Shown here one piece after another: positions 1-12,467 of a stretch of 64,000 bases of DNA. Each line of letters starts with the position of its first letter. Position 1 is the stretch's first letter. Made by a program: the position numbers and the translations under genes. The notes beneath the pieces were generated by a model. It searched no databases. It was given only the letters and a program-made list of their open reading frames with translations, and had not been told where the DNA came from. Source of the stretch: Squalus acanthias (taxonomy: Eukaryota); contig CM059432.1 of the NCBI GenBank assembly GCA_030390025.1, positions 148,244,001-148,308,000 on the forward strand, written 5' to 3'.

Positions 1-215
1 TACCTGCGCGTTCAAACCTGAAAAAAAAACTAAGTGTGCTGCGTGCGCGCAGCCTGTAGTGCGCACGCAGTTCACTTAGGAACCGCCCCCTTCGCAATAT
101 CAGAAGTGCCGGTTTCCCGCGCATGCGCAGTGCATGCAGGAAACCGGCACTTCGGGACCGAATATGGGTGAGTACACAGTGCGTACTCTCCCGTATTCGG
201 ACGAATTTCTGGGCC
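1..215 (-). mobile_element. Harbinger-type MITE (family M1), partial copy running off the window start
   Basis: Reverse complement of 1529-1743. Ends in the TIR AATTTCTGGGCC at 204-215. Confidence 0.8.
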
Positions 216-217
216 AA

Positions 218-715
218 CAGCTTGGCCAAAGAGGTTGATTTTAAGGAGGGTCTTAAAGGAAGAGAGTGGATTAGGAATGGAATTTCAGAGCATGGGGGTC
301 AAGCTGGCTGAAGACAAGACCACCAATGGTGGAGTGAAGAGAGGGATGGATGCACAAGGGGGAGGAGTCAGAGGAACAGAGAGTTCCAGGGAGCTTGTAG
401 AACTAGAGGTGATTACAGGGATAGGGAGCAGCAATGCCATAAAGGGAATTAAACATGAGGGTGAGAATTTTAAATTTGGGGCATGGTGGGGACCGGGAGC
501 CAATGTAGGTCAGCGAGGTCAGGGGTGATGGGTGAGCGAGACTTGGTGCAGGATAGGATACCGACAGCAGAGTTTTGGATGAAGTGAAGTTTACTGAGGC
601 TGAGGAATTGGAGGCCGGGGTAGCATCGGAATAGTCAACTCTGGAAGTGACAAAGGCGTGGATGAGAGTTTCAGCAGCAAATATGCTGCAGTAGGATTGG
701 AGCCGGGTGATGTGA
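218..715 (-). mobile_element. Decayed L2-clade LINE fragment (further L2-like pieces at 1408-1528 and 2296-2760)
   Basis: Resembles the L2-type pieces at 57510-59000 and, on the opposite strand, 36770-37535. Minus ORF 2475-2759 has APE endonuclease-like motifs (LASTETWL, GGGAALI). Confidence 0.6.
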
Positions 716-777
716 CATTGATATAATTAGGAGAAGTCGCACAACACCAGGTTATAGTCCAACAGTTTTATTTGAAA

Positions 778-814
778 TCAAAAGCTTTCGGAGCGCTGCT
801 CCTTCGTCAGGTGA
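778..814 (-). ncRNA. Minimal type-I hammerhead ribozyme motif (family A, inverted arm)
   Basis: Minus strand reads TCAC-CTGACGA-A-GGAGC-AGC-GCTCC-GAAA-GCTT-TTGA. Core is intact, with one helix I mismatch. Confidence 0.65.
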
Positions 815-1268
815 AGTGAAGAGATACATATAGGCACAGCATATATAGTCCTTCGAGACACACGACAACGCAAAATCGTCGAGCAGAAACTAATAGCCAA
901 GTTCCGCACCCATGAGGACGGCCTCAACCGGGATCTTGGGTTCATGTCACGCTGCATGTAACCCCACCTGACGTAGAGTCATCCAGACTCGAGTCGTCGT
1001 TGGCTTGTTCTCTCTACACAGATGCGGCCGGACCTGCTGTGATTTCCAGCAAAAAAAGTTTTTTGTTTTCCATACAGACCCCAGCATCCACCACATTGTC
1101 TTTGATGTAATGTTTTCCTGACTGACCTGTTTGGACACCATCCACACCTTTGATTGCCGTGATTATCTCTCTGCCAAGGTGTGATAAAGGGCAGTTGGAA
1201 AGATTAACTGTAATCATCTGGCTGTGTTCTCTGACTATATATGCTGTGCCTATATGCATCTCTTCACT

Positions 1269-1305
1269 TCACCTGACGAAGGAGCAGCGCTCCGAAAGCT
1301 TGTGA
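1269..1305 (+). ncRNA. Minimal type-I hammerhead ribozyme motif (family A)
   Basis: TCAC-CTGACGA-A-GGAGC-AGC-GCTCC-GAAA-GC-TT-GTGA: CUGANGA and GAAA boxes, 5-bp helix II, 4-bp helix I (TCAC/GTGA), palindromic AGCT helix III. Confidence 0.8.
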
Positions 1306-1528
1306 TTTCAAATAAAACTGTTGGACTATAACCTGGTGCTGTGCGACTTCTCACATTTGTCCACCCCAGTCCAACACCGGCATCTCCACATCATTGATAT
1401 AATTAGGCCATCTTTGTGATGGAGAGGTTGTGGGGTCGAATTACCAGCTCAGGATCAAACAGTGAGAAAAGATACATGGGAGATGGCAAATTCAAGGGGG
1501 TGGCCATGAATATGGTAGGAGAGTTAAT

Positions 1529-2292
1529 GGCCCGAAAGTTAGACCTAATACGCGAGAGTACGCACTGTGTACTCTCACGTATTAGGTCCCGAATTGCCGG
1601 TTTCCTGCATGCACTGCGCATGCGCGGGAAACCGGCACTTCGTGTATTGCAAAGGGGGCGGTTCCTAAGTGAACCACGTGCGCACTACAGGTTGTGCGCA
1701 CGCAGTGCACTTAGGTTTTTTTTCAGGTTTGAACGCGCAGGTAAGTGATGAAGATTTTACACATAAAGAAAGCAGGCGTAGGACCCCCTTTTAACAAGGT
1801 AAGTAGTTAATTAAGTGTTATTTTAAAAAAATTTCAACAGGTTTATCTTTTTTAGAGACTTTAAAGAAAGGTAAGTTTATTTTTATAACTTTTAAAAAGA
1901 TTTAAAATTTTTTCAAAAATTTAATTTTTTGTTTAAAGTGGTTAATTTATTTAACTATAGTTATTTTATTAATGTGATGGCTTTTTTTTTAATTTAATTG
2001 AGGTTTAGCTGTTCTTTTGGGGGCTTGTAGTATTCATAGCTTTGACAGCCCTTGCTGTCAAAACTATGAATGAAAGATGGTGTGCTGCCATTGGCTCTAA
2101 CTGAATCATGTGATCCCAGAGCTCGCACAAACTAATTGCGCCTCTGGGACACACAAGCACTGCACGGTTGCAACAGGGAGAGGCCCTGAAACTGAAGTTT
2201 GTGTGGGCCCGGAGCAAAAAGGTAGGCGCAGAGTGTGATATCGCGGGGAATCCTTACCCCCGCGGGAACCATCGATGTTTAATTTCTGGGCC
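1529..2292 (+). mobile_element. Harbinger-type MITE (family M1), complete
   Basis: Termini GGCCCGAAAGTT / AATTTCTGGGCC, 3-bp TSD AAT (1526-1528, 2293-2295), GC-rich ends, AT-rich core, no ORF. Confidence 0.85.
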
Positions 2293-3149
2293 AATATAGA
2301 GGGAGAGATTTAAGGAGGACTGGACAGCAATGAATTCAGAGGAGAGAGGGCACTGACTGCAGAGCCGAAGATTGAAATCGAGGATGACGAGTCTTTCAAT
2401 GCAGAGATGGAGTAAGGAATCTCAGGAAGAAATTTGGGGTGGAGCGGTAAACATCGAGGATTTGAAAAGAGAGGTCAGGCGGGGTGGAACAAAATGAAGT
2501 GCTTGAAAGAGGGGAAGTTTACAGAGGAGAAGGGAGAGAGACTATTGTACGACTTGGTAATAAGGGCTGCACCACCACCATGGTGGTTTGTGTGGGGCAG
2601 GTGGTGGAAAGTATTGCCAGGCAAGGAAGCTTCAGTGAGGAGCAAGATGTGGCCCTGCATTCCCACGAGCCAAGTTTCAGTCGAAGCCAGGGTGTCAATG
2701 CAATCATCCACAATCAGTTTGTGGATGGCAGTATTATCTGTAGCGGTGAAAGTGACCACTCCCTTGAACTTATTTGCCAGTGTATTTTATCATGCAGCCT
2801 CAGATGCCTTTAATTCATAATGGTCAGGCAGCAGTTCACCATTGTACAAAGAAGGTCACTGCTGCTCTTTCCGGCAGTTTATTAGCTTCTCAATGGAACA
2901 TGCAAAACCACGAGCAAGCTGCTAATTCTACAGACTAGGAGGATTACCACAGGTGTAATGCACAACTAATGGAATATGCGGCCTTGAAAGCCTTTTACAA
3001 CAACTTCCTCAATTTCATGAAAGGAAACAATTTCAGCCTATGACTGTCCAACCAATGTGCGATGCCAAACACCTTATCCTATATATTAATGCCCACGGCC
3101 CAAATAGTGGCTATGATACTATTATCATGCGACAATTCACCATTCCTCA

Positions 3150-4410
3150 TCCCAGTTATACAGACGTATTATAACATTATTTATCCCAGTTATACAGCGA
3201 TATTATAACATTATTTATCCCAGTTATACAGCGATATTATAACATTATTTATCCCAGTTATACAGCGATATTAGAACATTATTTATCCCAGTTTAACAGC
3301 GATATTATAACATTATTTATCCCAGTTATACAGCGATATTAGAACATTATTTATCTCAGTTATACAGCAATATTAGAACATTATTTATCCCAGTTATACA
3401 GCGATATTAGAACATTATTTATCCCAGTTAAACAGGCGATATTATAACATTGTTTATCCCAGTTATACAGCGATATTATAACGTTATTTATCCCAGTTAT
3501 ACAGCGATATTATAACATTATTTATCTCAGTTATACAGCGATATTAGAACATTATTTATCCCAGTTATACAGCGATATTAGAACATTATTTATCCCAGTT
3601 AAACAGGCGATATTATAACATTGTTTATCCCAGTTATACAGCGATATTATAACATTATTTATCCCAGTTACACAGGCGTATTATAACATTATTTATCCCA
3701 GTTATACAGCGATATTAGAACATTATTTATCCCAGTTTAACAGCGATATTATAACATTATTTATCCCAGTTATACAGCGATATTATAACATTATTTATCT
3801 CAGTTATACAGCGATATTAGAACATTATTTATCCCAGTTATACAGCGATATTAGAACATTATTTATCCCAGTTAAACAGGCGATATTATAACATTGTTTA
3901 TCCCAGTTATACAGCGATATTATAACGTTATTTATCCCAGTTATACAGCGATATTATAACATTATTTATCTCAGTTATACAGCGATATTAGAACATTATT
4001 TATCCCAGTTATACAGCGATATTAGAACATTATTTATCCCAGTTAAACAGGCGATATTATAACATTGTTTATCCCAGTTATACAGCGATATTATAACATT
4101 ATTTATCCCAGTTACACAGGCGTATTATAACATTATTTATCCCAGTTATACAGCGATATTATAACATTATTTATCCCAGTTATACAGTGATATTAGAACA
4201 TTATTTATCCCAGTTATACAACGATATTATAACATTATTTATCCCAGTTACACAGGCGTATTATAACATTATTTATCCCAGTTATACAGCGATATTATAA
4301 CATTATTTATCCCAGTTACACAGGCGTATTATAGCATTATTTATCCCAGTTACACAGGCGTATTATAGCATTATTTATCCCAGTTCTATAGGAGTATTAC
4401 AACAATGCCT
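3150..4410. repeat. 34-bp minisatellite (CCCAGTTATACAGCGATATTATAACATTATTTAT)n, about 37 copies
   Basis: Head-to-tail units with no spacers. Variant units recur at a 444-bp period. Confidence 0.95.
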
Positions 4411-6383
4411 TTCCCAGTTGTACAGGTGTAACATTGCTTACAATGCCTGTTTTACTATGTTTCTTTCCCGGAATTTTCCATGTTGGCAGCATTCTGTCGC
4501 ATCCTGGTCAAGGTGAAAGTTCGCCCTCCCCCCTCCCATGATCCACCCTGATGCTGACCAATTTTCAAGGGAGCAGGCTATCTTTTAAATTGTGGGGGTC
4601 TCCCAAACCTTCCCCTGGGAGCCCATCGATGAGCAGGCAAGAAATATCTTTAACAGTCTTCGGGCGACCACCACCTTGAGTGTGCCTGACAAACCTTGGG
4701 GCTGACCCAAATTAAGATAATGGGGTTTCCACAGGGGTTCTTCCGATCTGCAAACATAAATAAAGTAAAATAAAAGGGTTTCAGCCAATCTTCTGCCAAT
4801 CTGGAGAACTCTCACAGAAATTCTATCTCAATATTTGTTTCCTTTTTATGTTTAAATGCTACCTTACCATGTGCAATAATTGCCCTCTCATTGATTACAT
4901 TGGCTAAGTCAGTCCTTTAACGATTAAACCCTGCCCCGCAGCCATAGCAAACCTTAGCACTATGGATGCCCAGCAGTCCGAACACCCAGTGCTGCTGGGG
5001 CAAAATTGACAGTAATTATGTCAGATAAAGTATTGCCATTACTTGCATACCTTTACCATACGCTTGCCCATATTTGGACAAATGTAGTGTACATTCCCAA
5101 TCGCATCCACCAGAAAGTTCCAAAAGTGATGGAAGACACCAAGGAGTCGATGGAGCAACTCGTGAAGAATTCACACCACATTCCTCTGGAGTAACTCCAG
5201 CGCAAAATCCTGCTCCTTGGCTTCTCAATGGTTGGATTAGATTCAAACTGTTTGCTTGTATCTGTGTATCACTTTGGCAAAACTGTTCCTTTCTGATGTG
5301 GCTTTGTCATTAGACCGGGGAACCACCAGTCAAAAATTCTTATTATGGGCTACATATCTTTTGACACACTGATCTCCAGACAGCAGTGAAACTTTAATGA
5401 GATGGAAATTTTCAAAATCGTTTAAAGAGTTGAACCCGTCCGAGATCTTTGTAAACTACGCTTTGCCGTGATTACAGTTATACTGTAGCTGGTGTGAAGG
5501 CAGTCGGTGTGAGCTTATTTAATGCTGAATTTTATTGCAGAACAGGATTACATCCGTATGATGACAGACCTGTTGCATGTTCCAACATTCTCTGTTACTG
5601 TTCCCAATTCCCAGCATTTTCAGGGTTTTTTCCCCTTTTACCTTGGCTGTTTTGTACTTCTTGTTTAAATGCAACATGTTGCCAGTTTAGTAAACACCCC
5701 TGATACATATTTTGCATCAACGTGAAACTAATAACTACTTTGCATTATAACTAGATCTGCCTCAGTGCCTTGCTAGTTGCATGTAACATACTGTTTTGGC
5801 TGTGACCTCTAGGGGGAGTTAAACAACTAGTTACTGGATTGTCTCCTTGTTGCACTAGCTGTGCTCGATAGACAGTTTGTTTGACACTCTACATTTAATT
5901 TTCATAGAATCGATAGATATTTGGAAAAATTACCGCGTCTCTGTTTCTCCTCAGGTATCTAGCAAAGGGAAAGCATTTATTCCAGCTGTGTCTACCCTCC
6001 TGAGATTCTCATTCATCATATACAGCAAATTGTATGCACGCTGGTACCGATTCCACAAGGGCAGCTGGTTGAGTAATCCTTTCTATAGATTCCTACCACA
6101 AAATTCAACATCTGAGTGACAGACCAACGTGCTTTGGAACAGGGTTTCGCCTTTCACTGCATGAACATTCCGCTGGGATTCAAGCACACTGTGGCAGGGA
6201 GTAAGTAAGATGTTAATTTACTGCTGGAATTGGCCACATGGTGATATTGTCCTGGGAAACTGCCGAGAGTGGAGGTCAGGCAGTTGCCTACAGGAAGGAG
6301 GGGAAATAGGAAGCAGAGAAAACCCAGGCTATGCTCTTGTACCACCTGGTATCTAAACAGAGAGCAGTATTGGCAGAAATCTA

Positions 6384-7773
6384 GAGTGATTTTAACCCTA
6401 CTCGCTCAGCAGAAACCTGGTGGGTGGGCAGTTAAAATCGCCCTGGCTCTGACCTGTCTGAAAGCCGCCATGATCGCAACATCTGCAATTTTAATCTGCT
6501 CTTCCTGAGCAGGCAGCAAGGGCACCCGCCCGGAGCCAACGGGATCCTTCTTTACATGTGCGTGTTGCAGCCCAATGACATCATTGAGACCCGACTGTAA
6601 TTTTAACTCAGAACTGAGTGGGGAATCCACCTGGAGTTAAAATCGGGGCCCAAGCAGGTTACCTGTCTGCTCTTTCAATGAGAGATGGTCTATGGCATGG
6701 GGACCCCAATTCTATTTCAGGCCGTGTCTTGGGAAGATGGTGAATTGGAAATTCACCCACTGCTCCAAAAATGGGGCCCAGGCTATTTTAACTCGTAGGC
6801 CTCATTTAAACGGTTCCGGTTGCGAAGCCAGCTGGAAGCTTGATGACACCAGGCAGGTTGCAGGATCGGCTGCCGGGGCTATCTGGTGGGGTTTTCGTGA
6901 TCGGGAAGGGCGAGCAAGTCCGCAGCAGTGGAGGCCTAAGCTTTCATTGCTGGGCACGGAGAAGCATTCCTGTTCCTCCTGGCTCCACAAGGAAAGCAAA
7001 AAAACTTACCTGTTTGTGCCTCTCCTGGCCCGATCCTCTTCCCCACTATCTTCATCTGGCAGGGAAACCACTGCAGTGTCAGCTTTAGCTTAGTGATCAC
7101 ACTCTGACCCAGAAGGTTGTGGGTGCAAATCCCACTCCAGAGAGCTAAACACGTAATGTAGGCTCACACTAATCTAGTGCTGAGGGAGTGCTGCACTGTC
7201 GGAGGTGCCGTCTTTCTGATGAGACGTTAAACCAAAGCCTGCTCCCTCAGGTGGACATAAAAGATCCCATGACGCTATTTGAAGAAGAGCAGGGGGAGTT
7301 CTCCCCGGTGTCCTGGCCAATATTTATACCTCAACCAACACCACAAAAACTGATTATCTGGTCACAATCTCAATGCTGCTCATGGGACCTTTCTGTGTAC
7401 AAAATGGGTGCCACATTTCCTATGTTACAACAGGGACAGCACTTCAAATTACTTCATTGCTTGCAAAGCGCTTTGGGACGTCCTGAGTTTGTGAAAGGCA
7501 CTATGTAAATGCAATCCATTCCTTTCCTTTCCCGTCCAGGCTGTCGAGTTAAAATTGCAGGGCGGGCCCCGGTGATGTCATCGGGACCCGACATGCATGT
7601 GTAATAAAGGGCCCTGCCGGCTTTGGGCAGGTTTCCTTGTCGCCTGCACAGTAGAGCAGGTTAAAATTGGGAATGGCCAGCCCCCAGCAGCTTGAGATAA
7701 GGTCAGTAACCTGGGTGATTTTAACTGTGCAACCAGCAGGTTTCCGCTGGACAGGGAAGGTTAAAATTGCCTC
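6384..7773. mobile_element. Fold-back/MITE-like DNA transposon remnant(s) interrupted by a SINE
   Basis: About 6384-6610 is an imperfect inverted copy of about 7545-7773 (GTGATTTTAAC / GTTAAAATTGC motifs, ATGACATCA / TGATGTCAT). Confidence 0.55.
7075..7530 (+). mobile_element. Deu-domain SINE (SacSINE1-like)
   Basis: tRNA-like head, Deu-like core GGTGCCGTCTTTCTGATGAGACGTTAAACC...AAAGATCCCATG, L2-like 3' tail. Similar copies at 24043, 40125 and 58069. Confidence 0.75.
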
Positions 7774-7865
7774 CAGGGAGGTTGAGGCTGGAGAAGAGAG
7801 TGGAGCATAAACGCCGGCATGGACTGGTTGGGCCGAATGGCCTGTTTCTGTGCTGTATATTCTAT

Positions 7866-8555
7866 GTAAACAAGCAGGTGCAGCAAGCAGTTAGGAAGGC
7901 AAATGGTATGCTGGCCTTCATTGCAAGAGGATTTGAGTACAGGAGTAAGGATGTCTTACTACAGTTATACAGGGCCTTGGTGAGACCACACCTGGAGTAC
8001 TGTGTACAGTTTTGGTCTCCTTACCTAAGAAAGGATATACTTGCCATAGAGGGAGTGCAGCGAAGGTTCACCAGACTGATTCCTGGGATGGCAGGACTGT
8101 CTTATGAGGAGAGATTGGGTCAACTAGGCCTGTATTCACTAGAGTTTAGAAGAATGAAAGGGGATCTCATTGAAACGTATAAAATTCTGACAGGGCTAGA
8201 CAGACTGGATGCAGGGAGGATGTTTCCCCTGGCTGGGGGGGTCGAGAACGAGGGGTCACAGTCTCAGGATACGGGGTAGGACATTTAGGACTGAGATGAG
8301 GAGAAATTTCTTCACTCAGAGGGTGGTGAACCTGTGGAATTCTCTACCACAGAAGGCTGTGGAGGCCAAGTCACTGAATATATTTAAGAAGGAGATAGAT
8401 AGATTTCTAGACACAAAAGGCATCAAGGGGTATGGGGAGAGAGCGGGAATATGGTATTGAGATAGAGGATCAGCCATGATCATATTGAATGGCGGAGCAG
8501 GCTCGAAGGGCCGAATGGCCGACTCCTGCTCCTATTTTTCTATGTTTCTATATTT
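7866..8555 (+). mobile_element. CR1/HER1 LINE 3' fragment
   Basis: ORF2 C-terminal motifs (LVRPHLEYCVQFWSP, NFFTQRVVNLWNSLP) and the 3' UTR GGCGGAGCAGGCTCGAAGGGCCGAATGGCC with a microsatellite-like tail. Confidence 0.9.
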
Positions 8556-8874
8556 TTCTAATCCTATGTACAAATAAGTACCATGCAAGACAAAAAGATA
8601 AGGGACTACATCTTATTTTAAACTCCCAAATATATATTGTTTTGTCACAACGGCCAATAATGTGTCAACCTGATCAGTTGGCAGGTGACATGCTTGTAGC
8701 AGTGCGAGGACACTCAACATATCAGCTACATGTCAAAACCCTGCAATTTGCTTTATTGTTGTGACAACCAAGTGCTGGTGACTCATCAAGATACAAATGA
8801 GATGTTAATGAAGTGGACTGCTGAAGCTGTGCCCGGCACATCACATTTGAGAAATGCACAGACTTTTGAATAGA

Positions 8875-9366
8875 CAGGAAACTCTTTGGTATCCGGCACC
8901 GACGGGACCGGGGTGGTGCCAGTTGATTAAAAATTCCGGATAACGGAGAGGGTTATCTACCGAGGCTATTTTTAACCAACAAAAATTTTAAAAATCAAGA
9001 AATGTGCAGTATAATTGGGTACTCCCCTACAGAATGTTGTGTTAAATGGATGGTGGAAGATGCTTGATTAAGTACAGTACTGCCAGTTGAGGGTAATCCA
9101 TAACTCGGATCGGAAGAGACTACCGGCAGCGCGGGAGAGTCAGACTCCTGTTGTTGAGGTGTTCAGATCGGAAGAGACTTCCCACAGCGCCAAGAAGCCG
9201 AGTAGTGGCAGTTTGGAGAACTACCCCCACTGACTGACTCGGTCACCGCGGGAGACTCGGACTCGGCAACATTTCCGGTTATTGAGGTGTTGTTTTCGGA
9301 GTATGAATTTTGCCGGTTATTGGAGAATTCCGGATATTTAGGTGCCGTTTAAACGAGAGTTTCCTG
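8875..9366. mobile_element. Tc1/mariner (pogo/Tigger-like) MITE
   Basis: TIR CAGGAAACTCT / AGAGTTTCCTG followed by TA on the right (left flank is GA). No ORF. Confidence 0.6.
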
Positions 9367-9527
9367 TACCACAGCGAGGTACAAAAGTCCGAACTCATTA
9401 CCGTCAGGATAGATTTACCATGGCTCGGACGGTCTCTCCAAGTTGGATAGATTTAGATAAATCTAGATAGATTTCTAGACACAAAAGGCATCAAGGGGTA
9501 TGGGGAGAGAGCAGGAATATGGTATTT

Positions 9528-10053
9528 AAAAAGGAGGCGCAGGACCCGTTTTCAACAAGGTAAGTGGTTAATTAAGTATAATTAAAAAAAATTTCAACAG
9601 GTTAATCTTTTTTAGATACTTTAAAGAAAGGTAAGTTTATTTTTAGCACTGTTAAAAAGTATTTTAATTTTTTCAAAAATTTAAATTTTTGTTTAAAGTA
9701 ATTAATTTATTTAACTTATAGTTATTTTATAAATGTGATGGTTTTTAAAAAAATTATTTGAAGTTTAGGTGTTGTTTTGGGGCCGATTTCAATTCATAGA
9801 TTTGACAGGTCTTCCTGTCAAATCTATGAATGAAAGATGGTCTGCTGCCATTGGCTCTCCATGGCCCACATGATCCCAGGGGACGCATCGCACTAACTGC
9901 ACCCCTGGGACACGCAAGCACTGCGCGCCGGCAGTTGGAGCAGGCCCAGGAGCTGAAGTCCCCGTGGGCCCAAAACACAACAGCAGGCGCGGTAGGTAAG
10001 TGCGCGCGCGATCCTTACCCCCGCGGCAAGCCGGAGAGGCGAATTTCAGGGCC
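9528..10053 (+). mobile_element. 5'-truncated MITE M1 copy inside a CR1 3' end
   Basis: Similar to about 1768-2292 and ends AATTTCAGGGCC. CR1 3' sequence lies on both sides (9456-9527, 10054-10122). Confidence 0.75.
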
Positions 10054-10488
10054 ACTGAATGGCGGAGCAGGCTCAAAGGGCCGAATGGCCGACTCCTGCT
10101 CCTATGTTTCTATGTTTCTATGAGCCCCTCCCTCCAGTACATGGCTCAGTTCACATCCTTGCAGGGCAGTCGTACCGCTGGCACATCTCCGGCGAGGGGT
10201 TGAAACTGATTTGTTGCCCCTGTGAGGGCCGTGGGGGCCTCAGTGGATTTGAAAGGAGGAAATGCCATATATAAACGGCCCTGAAATAAAAATCACCGAC
10301 TCCCACTGATAACCACCACAAAGCCTTGCGACTGTGCGGCCAATTTATACAGTAACCAAAAATACTGCGGTTTGGAAACAAAAACTGCACCACTGATTTT
10401 CAATGCTTTTCTGCCTCACTAATACTGACACAGAACAAGTTTTGAAAATCGGCTGCAGTATTTTTGTCCAGCTCCACGTGATATACCA

Positions 10489-11250
10489 TGTGAGGCAATG
10501 CATCTGGGGAAGGACAAACAAGTCAAGGAATACACAATAAATGGTAGGATACTGAGAAGTGTAGAGGAACAGAGGGACCTTGGAGTGCATGCCCACAAAT
10601 CCCTGAAGGTAGCAGGACAGGTAGATAGGGTGGTTAAGAAGGCATAAAGGATGCTTTCTTTATTAGCCGTGGCATAGAATATAAGAGCAAGGAGGTTATG
10701 TTAGAACTGTATAAAACACTAGTTGGGCCACAGCGGAAGTACTGCGTACAGTTCTGGTCACCACACTACAGGATGTGATTGCACTAGAGAGGGTACAGAG
10801 GAGATTTACGAGGATGTTGCCAGGACTGGAGAATTTTAGCTATGAGGAAAGATTGGATAGGCTGGGGTTTGTTTTCTTTGGAACAGAGGAGGCTGAGGGG
10901 AGATTTAATTGAGGTGTATAAAATTATGAGGGGCATAGATAGAATGGATAGGAAGGACCTATTTCCCTTAGATTTAAAGTAATTGGTAGAAGGATTAGAG
11001 GGGCGTTGAGGAGAACTTTTTTTACCCAGAGGGTGGTGAGGATCTGGAACTCACTGCCTGAAAGGGTGGCAGAGGCAGAAACCCTCATCATGTTTAAAAA
11101 GTACTTGGATATGCACTTGAAGTGCTGTAACCTACAGGGCTACGGACCAAGAGCTGGAAAGTGGGATTCAGCTGGATAGCTCTTTTCAGCCGGCATGGAG
11201 AAGAAGGGCCAAATGGCCTCCTTCTGTGCCATAACTTTCTATGATATTGA
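10489..11250 (+). mobile_element. Decayed CR1 LINE 3' fragment
   Basis: Frameshifted ORF2 C-terminus (QRDLGV, YCVQFWSP, FFTQRVV) and a GGGCCAAATGGCCTCC tail. Confidence 0.85.
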
Positions 11251-11635
11251 TGAATGCATGAGGTACTCCACCCAGAACTCACCCCGACTGTGGGCAGCAA
11301 GTTTCAGTGACATCCAGTGGTACTTAAAGCTATCTCCAGCTGCTTGAGAAGAACTCCCACAACAATTCTGTGTGGAGGAAACTATGACACACCGTGACAT
11401 CATGTTAAATCAAAATGTTCACCTCTTTACTAGGAAAATTCAAGGGTTATTGAAGAGGGTGTTCACTGCCAAAATCCTTCTAAAATCAAATGAGTAAAAT
11501 CAAATGGAGATGAAGTGTTATAATTACTTTTACCTTCTGTTTACTTCTTTCACTTGTTATCAATTTAATTTGGAATATTTTTGTTTACACAGCGAGTACT
11601 GGTGACATAAGTGAGGGAGCTGGTGAGGAGGAATT

Positions 11636-11950
11636 ATACATGCATGCACATGTACGTGCGTGTACATACATACACCTATTTACACAAGAAAACACTTGTG
11701 CACACACACACATAAAAGCATATACTCCCGTGTGCATACACACACGTATATGCACAGAAAAACACACGCACAAACACATACATGCGCACACTTACACACA
11801 CAAAAACATGCACGTACATGTGTACATATGCGCACATGTATGCACACATGCTTAATCTAGCACACATGCACACAAAGCACATACGCGCACACTTATGTAC
11901 ACTCAAACACACATGCACACAGAAACACACACAGATGCGCACACACACAG
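11636..11950. repeat. Degenerate (CA)n/(RY)n microsatellite tract
   Basis: Alternating purine-pyrimidine low-complexity sequence. It explains the His/Thr- and Cys/Val-rich ORFs here. Confidence 0.9.
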
Positions 11951-12467
11951 TTGTAAAGATACTGGGGGGAAAATTTGGCTCCTTAGCGCCTCCTGTTAGC
12001 GCCAATAGATGGCGCTAATGGGGCGCTAGACCAGTATCACCGGGGCGAGATGAATCCCCCGCCGCACGCCAAATCCGGCCCCCCATAGTGAAGCCGGTAA
12101 GAGGTATCGCCGGGAACGTCAACACCAGGTGGATTGTGACGTCAGTGAGTGTGCAACGCTCACTGAGAGCCTGATTTGTTAAATTGATTCTCGCCACTTG
12201 CCTTACCGCCTGGAGTAAACACCAACAGGGAGAGCTGGTGTGCAGCACCAGGAAGCCGACTCCAGGGACATAATTTAAAGGGATCATCAGTAATCACTCA
12301 CAGCTGTCAGGTTAGTGCAGTTTCAATGGGTTTTTATGTTAGTTTCACCCACTACAACAGTTTCACTCAGTAATTTCAAGGTTCTTTTGTATCAAGAGTC
12401 TTCTGGAAACTCAAAAGTAGCTACATTTATTCTTCAAAGATTCAAACTGCTAAACTTGGTAACATTA

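Larger units (their letters stand above)
731..1391 (+). mobile_element. Penelope-like element 3' end (family A) with inverted pseudo-LTR arm
   Basis: 731-850 is an inverted copy of 1232-1351. 851-961 reads LRDTRQRKIVEQKLIAKFRTHEDGLNRDLGFMSRCM*, like a PLE GIY-YIG C-terminus. 16-bp TSD CATTGATATAATTAGG at 716-731 and 1392-1407. Confidence 0.8.

Noticed and set aside
3150..4410. CRISPR-like array of about 34-bp repeats
   Set aside because: Units are contiguous with no unique spacers, there are no cas genes, and the context is vertebrate.
11585..12018. Cys/His-rich ORFs
   Set aside because: They are translations of a CA-rich microsatellite.
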